64,000 nt of DNA from an uncultured Methanosarcinales archaeon (GTDB lineage: Archaea; Nanobdellota; Nanobdellia; Woesearchaeales; UBA12501): contig CAYNHV010000001.1 of assembly GCA_964397315.1 (NCBI GenBank), positions 81,865 to 145,864 on the forward strand, read 5' to 3'. The notes beneath the pieces were generated by a model. It saw only the letters and a program-made list of their open reading frames with translations, did no database searches and had not been told where the DNA came from. Each line of letters starts with the position of its first letter. Position 1 is the stretch's first letter. The position numbers and the translations under genes are program-made. Positions 58,803 through 64,000 of this stretch are shown in pieces.

Positions 58803-60560
58803 ATGGATTACAGCGAACTGGCAGAAGTGTATGACCATCTTGAGTCAACATCAAAAAGGCTTGAGAAGACATGGATAGTCTCACGGCTTCTGAAGAGGAC
58901 AGGCAAGGAGGACCTTCCCCAGATAACCCTTCTCCTGCAGGGAAGAATCTTCCCCCAGTGGTATGAGGGCAAGATAGGCGTTGCAGCAAAGACAGTCATC
59001 AAGGCGCTAAGCCTGTCAACAGGCGCAAAGGCTGATGACATAAACTCAGAATGGAGCAGGATAGGCGACCTTGGCAGGGTGTCAGAGAAGCTTGTTAAGG
59101 GGAAGAAGCAGGCCACTCTCTTCTCAGGAAGGCTTGATGTCTCAAAGGTCTACAACAACCTGAGAAAGCTGCCTGAGCTTGAGGGAGAGGGCTCTGTTGA
59201 CCAGAAGGTTCAGCTCATCTCAGAGCTTCTCACAAGCGCAAAGCCCATGGAGGCAAGGTACATAGTCAGGACAGTGCTTGAGGACCTCAGGGTTGGAGTT
59301 GCAGACGGAACAATGAGGGATGCTATTGCATGGGCGTTCTTTGAGGATGAGATATGCCTGAACTATGACAATGAGAAAAAGACAATATCTCCTGAAAGCA
59401 GGGAGGAGTACAACAGGTACATTGATGCTGTGCAGAACGCTTATGATATGTGTAACGACTTCTCTGTTGTCGCCGGAGCAGCGATGGAGGAAGGCATTGA
59501 GGGGCTGAAGAATATCCGGCTTGTGGTGGGAAAGCCTGTCAAGGTAATGCTGTTCCAGAAAGCAGAAGGTATTAAGGACGCGTTTGAGAGAGTGGGAAAG
59601 CCCGCAGCATTTGAGTACAAGTATGACGGGTTCAGGCTTAATGTCCACAAGAAAGATGATAAGATAATCCTCTTCACAAGAAGGCTTGAGGACGTGACAA
59701 GGCAGTTCCCTGAGGTTGTTGAATATGTAAGGAAAAATGTTAAGGGAAGCAGCTTTATCCTTGATGCAGAGGCAGTCGGCTATGACCCTGAAACAGGGGA
59801 TTATCTTCCGTTCCAGAGCATAAGCCAGAGAATAAAAAGAAAGTACAGCATTAAGGAGATGGCAGAAAGGTTTCCTGTGGAGCTTAATGTCTTTGACATA
59901 CTCAGCTTTGAGGGAAAAAACCTCATGAGAGAGCCCTTCAGGAAAAGAAGAAAGCAGATTGAGAGCATGACAACAGAGGAGCAGGGAAAGATAGTGCTTG
60001 CAAAGCAGATAATAACCTCTGATCCCGGAGAGGCTGAGGAGTTCTACAAGGAAAGCCTTGGCAGGGGCGAGGAGGGAGTCATGGCAAAGAACCTTGAAGG
60101 CATATACAAGCCGGGCTCAAGAGTGGGTTATGGGGTGAAGATAAAGCCTGTAATGGAGACTCTTGATCTTGTTATTGTGGGGGCAGAGTGGGGCACAGGA
60201 AAGAGATCCGGGTGGCTCAGCTCGTTTTCAATAGCCTGCAGGGATGACAGCACAGGAGAGCTGCTTGAGATAGGCAAGGTGGGAACAGGCATAAAGGAGC
60301 TTGAGGGAAGCGGTGTAACTTTTGAGCGCCTGACAAACCTCCTTAAGCCGCTCATAACAGAAGAGCACGCCAGGGAGGTGAAGATAAGGCCTGCTGTTGT
60401 GATTGAGATAAATTATGAGGAGATACAGAAGTCACCCACCTACAGCTCCGGATTCGCGCTCAGGTTTCCCAGGCTTGTCAGGATAAGGGATGACAGGGGG
60501 CCTGATGACGCCTCTTCACTCTCAACAGTTGAGGACCTTTACTACAGCCAGGGAAGGTAA
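58803..60560 (+). CDS. lig: ATP-dependent DNA ligase
   Basis: EYKYDG, FDIL, EGVMAK, GTGKRSG, LRFPR; start at MDYS. Confidence 0.96.
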   Translation: MDYSELAEVYDHLESTSKRLEKTWIVSRLLKRTGKEDLPQITLLLQGRIFPQWYEGKIGVAAKTVIKALSLSTGAKADDINSEWSRIGDLGRVSEKLVKGKKQATLFSGRLDVSKVYNNLRKLPELEGEGSVDQKVQLISELLTSAKPMEARYIVRTVLEDLRVGVADGTMRDAIAWAFFEDEICLNYDNEKKTISPESREEYNRYIDAVQNAYDMCNDFSVVAGAAMEEGIEGLKNIRLVVGKPVKVMLFQKAEGIKDAFERVGKPAAFEYKYDGFRLNVHKKDDKIILFTRRLEDVTRQFPEVVEYVRKNVKGSSFILDAEAVGYDPETGDYLPFQSISQRIKRKYSIKEMAERFPVELNVFDILSFEGKNLMREPFRKRRKQIESMTTEEQGKIVLAKQIITSDPGEAEEFYKESLGRGEEGVMAKNLEGIYKPGSRVGYGVKIKPVMETLDLVIVGAEWGTGKRSGWLSSFSIACRDDSTGELLEIGKVGTGIKELEGSGVTFERLTNLLKPLITEEHAREVKIRPAVVIEINYEEIQKSPTYSSGFALRFPRLVRIRDDRGPDDASSLSTVEDLYYSQGR

Positions 60561-60609
60561 CAGCCTCATGATAAAAAAGAAAAGGAATAAATGAAAAAGA
60601 TTTGCCCTT

Positions 60610-61149
60610 TTAATCATAGGATGGCTTTGCAAGGTATGTCTTTGAGTCAGAGCCCAGCTCCTTCTCATTCTGCAGCCCGTCCCTTAATGTGGCCTTTATT
60701 GAGTTAGGCTCGTGCAGGCCTGAGACTGCCATGCTGACCTCCTCTGTCCTGAACATCTTGTAGCCTGAAGGCAGAGTCTCATACTCAAACCTTTTTATGC
60801 TGCTGTCGCTCTCTCCTCCCACATAAAGGATTACGATTGGCTTTATAGGGCTGTCACCAAAATTCCTTATGTCAAACTTGACTGATTCAACAACACCAAT
60901 ATCCTCATCATCTATTGTGTACTTGAGAGTTATCGGATCAGCAGTGTCTGATATTGATATCTCATAGGTGTCCTCAGGAAGTTCAGGCCCTGAGTCCTCT
61001 GCCTCACCTGTCTCCTGCTCCTCCTGCATTTCATCCTCAGCTTGAGTTCCTGCAGCATCCTGCTGCTCCTGCACAGGCTGCTCAGCACTGCTGCAGCCTC
61101 CAAGAGCAAGAATAATCAAGATTACAGACAAAAGTATTTCCTTTCTCAT
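60610..61149 (-). CDS. Putative lipoprotein
   Basis: MRKEILLSVILIILALGGC lipobox-like leader, acidic linker. Confidence 0.75.
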   Translation of the reverse strand: MRKEILLSVILIILALGGCSSAEQPVQEQQDAAGTQAEDEMQEEQETGEAEDSGPELPEDTYEISISDTADPITLKYTIDDEDIGVVESVKFDIRNFGDSPIKPIVILYVGGESDSSIKRFEYETLPSGYKMFRTEEVSMAVSGLHEPNSIKATLRDGLQNEKELGSDSKTYLAKPSYD

Positions 61150-61249
61150 TAAATCACCCCCATGATCTTATGCTGGATTGTGAACTTTCATTTATAAAGA
61201 TTGCGGAAGAGTGATGGTATGGGCCAGATATCTACTCTCAGATTAAAGA

Positions 61250-61495
61250 TTATCTAGTGTTGTTTAATCCTTTATAAAAGGTGGAGCGGATTATCTCAGC
61301 TTGGTCAAGACCCAGCTCTTGTTCTTCGTGACTTTTAGAATAATAGCAGTTAGGATTAATCTTTTGGCTGCTTTTAATTCTGTCTTCCACTTGGAATTGA
61401 AAAGTTTTTTCAGGACTATCAGGGGCAAAATATGGGTAAACATCCCTGATATCTCTTAGCTCAAAATTTCTCTCAGTGGTTCTTAATCTTGGCAT
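61250..61495 (-). CDS. Hypothetical protein (81 aa)
   Basis: ATG preceded by GGAGG and a TTTATAAA box; no recognisable motif. Confidence 0.5.
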   Translation of the reverse strand: MPRLRTTERNFELRDIRDVYPYFAPDSPEKTFQFQVEDRIKSSQKINPNCYYSKSHEEQELGLDQAEIIRSTFYKGLNNTR

Positions 61496-61865
61496 CTGAA
61501 TCCTCCTTTTCGTAAGCCGGTGAGCATCACAGATTTATAAAGCTTTCTCAAGTGAAGGGTATCTCCGGAATCTATGAAACAATTATCCAGCGGCAGACCT
61601 TATTTTTAGAGCAAAGAATTTCTTTATAAACCAGAACAAGGTTTTTCTAGTCCTAATCACCTTTCAAACAGACTCTGAAGGCTATCTAAAACAAGAAATT
61701 AGGAACCCAAACATTAAGCTTACAGGATCTTTTTTCTTGAGATTCCCTTCAACCAAGCTACTTATACCAGATAAATCTTCATAGGCTGTCATATATGAAA
61801 ATATATAGGGGAGCATACAAAAATTTAAATATCTGCAAAAGCATTATATCCCTGTTGCATATAAA

Positions 61866-61937
61866 ATCCCCTTTGAAAGAAGTCCCTTAAGGGCGCTTCA
61901 TTGCATAAGCGGTGGAGCTTGACGAGTAAGAGGGGTG
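61866..61937. ncRNA. Candidate structured RNA next to the DUF3800 gene
   Basis: CCCCT...AGGGG outer stem enclosing GAAGTCCC-TTAA-GGGCGCTTC and CGCTT...AAGCG hairpins; GC-rich within AT-rich DNA. Confidence 0.45.
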
Positions 61938-61949
61938 TTGTAACAATAT

Positions 61950-62687
61950 TCATTTCTTTCTTAATACCTGGCCAGAGAGTTTAGCTTTTCCCCCCGATAC
62001 AAAATTAATGTAATAACTGTCTTTATTCTCAAATTTTCTAAACAAGGCACCGCTGATTATATCTGTTGCCTGCAAGAGCTCTGATTGCCTGGAGTTTTTA
62101 TGTTCAATTATTAGAGGAAAACGTGTCTCATCACAATCTTTCATCTTTGAATATTCCTTCTCATCTATGACTCTAAAAGATACCGGTACATTACTATGTT
62201 CCTTTTTGCTTCCATCTCCATTATCTTCTATTACCTTTGAGGTTTCATACTTCTCAAGTGAAAAATAATTCACTTTATTCCTGTTGCTGAAGAAATTTAA
62301 GTCAGCTACAACCTTCTTTGGAGGTATGCTGTTGGAATTATTGAAGATATGTGTGAACAGGTAACCTAAGATAGTGGGTTTAACATCCTCCTTTATTGCG
62401 CCTTCTTTTACAAAGCACAAATAGTAGATATGCATATCAATATTGGATAATTCTTTCAGAAATCTCTCTAAAAGTTTTTTGTCAGGAAAACCGTAAAACT
62501 TGATCTCTCCTCCATGCTGGTTTAGCCATTTGGCGTGTTTGTTTTTCTTCAAAATGGTTTGTTTTACATTTCTAACAAGTTTTGTGATTCTTTTTACTTT
62601 TCTGGTGCACATCAGTACTAAGATAAGGTGGCCACTATCACTGCCGAGATCACCACTCTCATCCAGATAAGCAAATTCCATAATCAT
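61950..62687 (-). CDS. DUF3800 domain protein (RNase H-like)
   Basis: AYLDESGDLG, EIKF, LLQATDIISG; AT-rich. Confidence 0.88.
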   Translation of the reverse strand: MIMEFAYLDESGDLGSDSGHLILVLMCTRKVKRITKLVRNVKQTILKKNKHAKWLNQHGGEIKFYGFPDKKLLERFLKELSNIDMHIYYLCFVKEGAIKEDVKPTILGYLFTHIFNNSNSIPPKKVVADLNFFSNRNKVNYFSLEKYETSKVIEDNGDGSKKEHSNVPVSFRVIDEKEYSKMKDCDETRFPLIIEHKNSRQSELLQATDIISGALFRKFENKDSYYINFVSGGKAKLSGQVLRKK

Positions 62688-62784
62688 CCTTACAGAGGGT
62701 GTACTTTATTAAGATTTTGCTCTGTCAGGAGCTTTCATGAGAACTCTTAAAATAAGGGGCTTTACAGACCTTAGAAATATCAAA

Positions 62785-62856
62785 TGCCCCTGCCGGGAAT
62801 CAAACCCGGGTCTCCAGGACCGCAACCTGGTATTCTATTCATTAGACTACAGGGGC
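62785..62856 (-). tRNA. tRNA-Arg(GCG)
   Basis: GCCCCTG/CAGGGGC acceptor, CCAGG-TT-GCG-GT-CCTGG anticodon arm, CCGGG-TTTGATT-CCCGG T-arm. Confidence 0.9.
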
Positions 62857-62911
62857 CTGGAGGGCTTTAACAAACTCTCATTTAAAAAGAAATCGGAAAT
62901 CTGCTTTCAAA

Positions 62912-63796
62912 TCACTGCTTTTTTATTGAGTTCTTCCTGCTGCTTATCCTGTCCCTTATGTTGTTGAATCCGTTCCTCAGGGCAGTGCCTGAGTGTATCC
63001 TCACTGAAGGGCCTATGTACCTTGAGTGTTTTGTCAGCGCTTTTGAGTATGATATTGCCCTTGGAAGCATCTTTGTCTCCCTCCCTGCCACATAGTTCTT
63101 CTTCTTTATTATTGAGTCAAGGAAGGAATTGACATCATCAGCTCTTGAGTAAGTGACAACAGATCCCAGCTTGTAGAGGGTGTGGCCGTCAGAGCCTCCT
63201 GTTATGCCCAGTTTTTCCTCAAAAGCCCACTCAACAGCCCTCACATTAAGCCTTCTTAGGATGAGGCCGCATATGACCTCTGCGCAGTCAAGGTGTTTCA
63301 TTATTCCCCTGCTTATCTTTCCCTTCTTTATCTTTTTCATGAAATCCCATCTGGGCGTTGCCCTTGGGTGTGCTGCTGACACGATTGCGTTGTAATCCTT
63401 TGCCCTCCTTGCGATCTCCAGGGATGAGAGCTTCAGCGCCATGTAAGGGTTCTTGTCCTTGTTGTCTTTTACGTGCTTTTCATAGAACTCTGTCATGTCT
63501 TTCAGGCTGTAAAAATAAGCGAGAAGGTGAGGTCCTTCTTTTGATGATATCTCCATGCCGTTTATCAGCGGAACATTCCTTTCCCTTGCTTCTTTTCTTG
63601 CGTCAGCGCATGCCTTTATGTTGTTGTGGTCTGTGATGGCAACGCCCACACCCCTCTTATCTGCGAGCTTTATTATTGATTTCGGCCTTGTGAATGTGTC
63701 AGAATACCTGCTGTGGAAGTGCATGTCAGCGCAGAAGAACCCCTCTTTTTTCAGCTGCCTGAGCTGCGGAACTCCGAAATGTATCCTCTCTATCAT
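62912..63796 (-). CDS. PHP domain metal-dependent phosphoesterase
   Basis: DMHFHSRYSD, AITDHN, GMEIS, AHP, GGSDGH. Confidence 0.92.
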   Translation of the reverse strand: MIERIHFGVPQLRQLKKEGFFCADMHFHSRYSDTFTRPKSIIKLADKRGVGVAITDHNNIKACADARKEARERNVPLINGMEISSKEGPHLLAYFYSLKDMTEFYEKHVKDNKDKNPYMALKLSSLEIARRAKDYNAIVSAAHPRATPRWDFMKKIKKGKISRGIMKHLDCAEVICGLILRRLNVRAVEWAFEEKLGITGGSDGHTLYKLGSVVTYSRADDVNSFLDSIIKKKNYVAGRETKMLPRAISYSKALTKHSRYIGPSVRIHSGTALRNGFNNIRDRISSRKNSIKKQ

Positions 63797-63901
63797 ACAA
63801 GGTTATTTCTGAAACAGCTTTATAAATGTTGCTGAACCTGGAAGTTCAGGGCGGATTGTCTGAAGCTCTTATAATGCCTCTCAAGGTCTCTTATAGCCGT
63901 T

Positions 63902-64000
63902 ATTGCCCCTTCGGGGGCTTTTTCTTTTTTTCTTAAGAAAAAGTAATAAACAGCACAAGACTCCTGAAGAGATATGTTTATGATTTCTGGTGCTTTTATG
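63902..64000 (+). repeat. Probable start of a fifth element copy (E), cut by window end
   Basis: ATTGCCCCTTCGGGGGCTTTTTC(T)nCTTAAGAAAAAGTAA matches 57458-57503, followed by ACTCCTGA and TTTATGATTTCTGGTGCTT unit-like sequence. Confidence 0.75.

Noticed and set aside
61215-61225. TGGTATGGGCC as an att-site tRNA fragment closing the DUF3800 islet
   Set aside because: Only 11 bp, does not match the tRNA-Arg 3-prime end, and no integrase is present.
61540-61795. Possible gene in the islet gap
   Set aside because: Only short interrupted minus-strand frames; no recognisable product.

Overview
Archaeal chromosomal window, most consistent with a DPANN (Woesearchaeota-like) genome. This assignment is inferred from AglB, archaeal DnaG, Dph5/Dph6, ABCE1, NucS, Rnp3, ATP-dependent ligase, FtsZ, an intron-containing tRNA, GAGGTGA-type RBSs and many acidic Cys/Asp-rich surface proteins. 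Content: a decayed toxin-antitoxin patch (1-1.1 kb), S-layer/PKD surface genes, an aglB glycosylation cluster with a sulfotransferase, a MacB-type ABC/COG1361 operon, information-processing genes, a 1690-aa beta-helix surface protein preceded by two AbrB genes, a Cys-rich adhesin/pilin-like cluster, and an AT-rich DUF3800 islet beside tRNA-Arg. The strongest unexplained signal is a dispersed non-coding 0.4-0.7 kb element in five copies (about 4.7, 15.1, 46.0, 57.5 and 63.9 kb), all in the same orientation. Each complete copy has a 41-48 bp-period array of degenerate units, a fold-back core and a 23-bp hairpin whose loop is flipped between copies. Other candidates are a large structured region upstream of dnaG and a compact structured RNA-like segment downstream of the DUF3800 gene. 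All calls are by eye; no searches were run.
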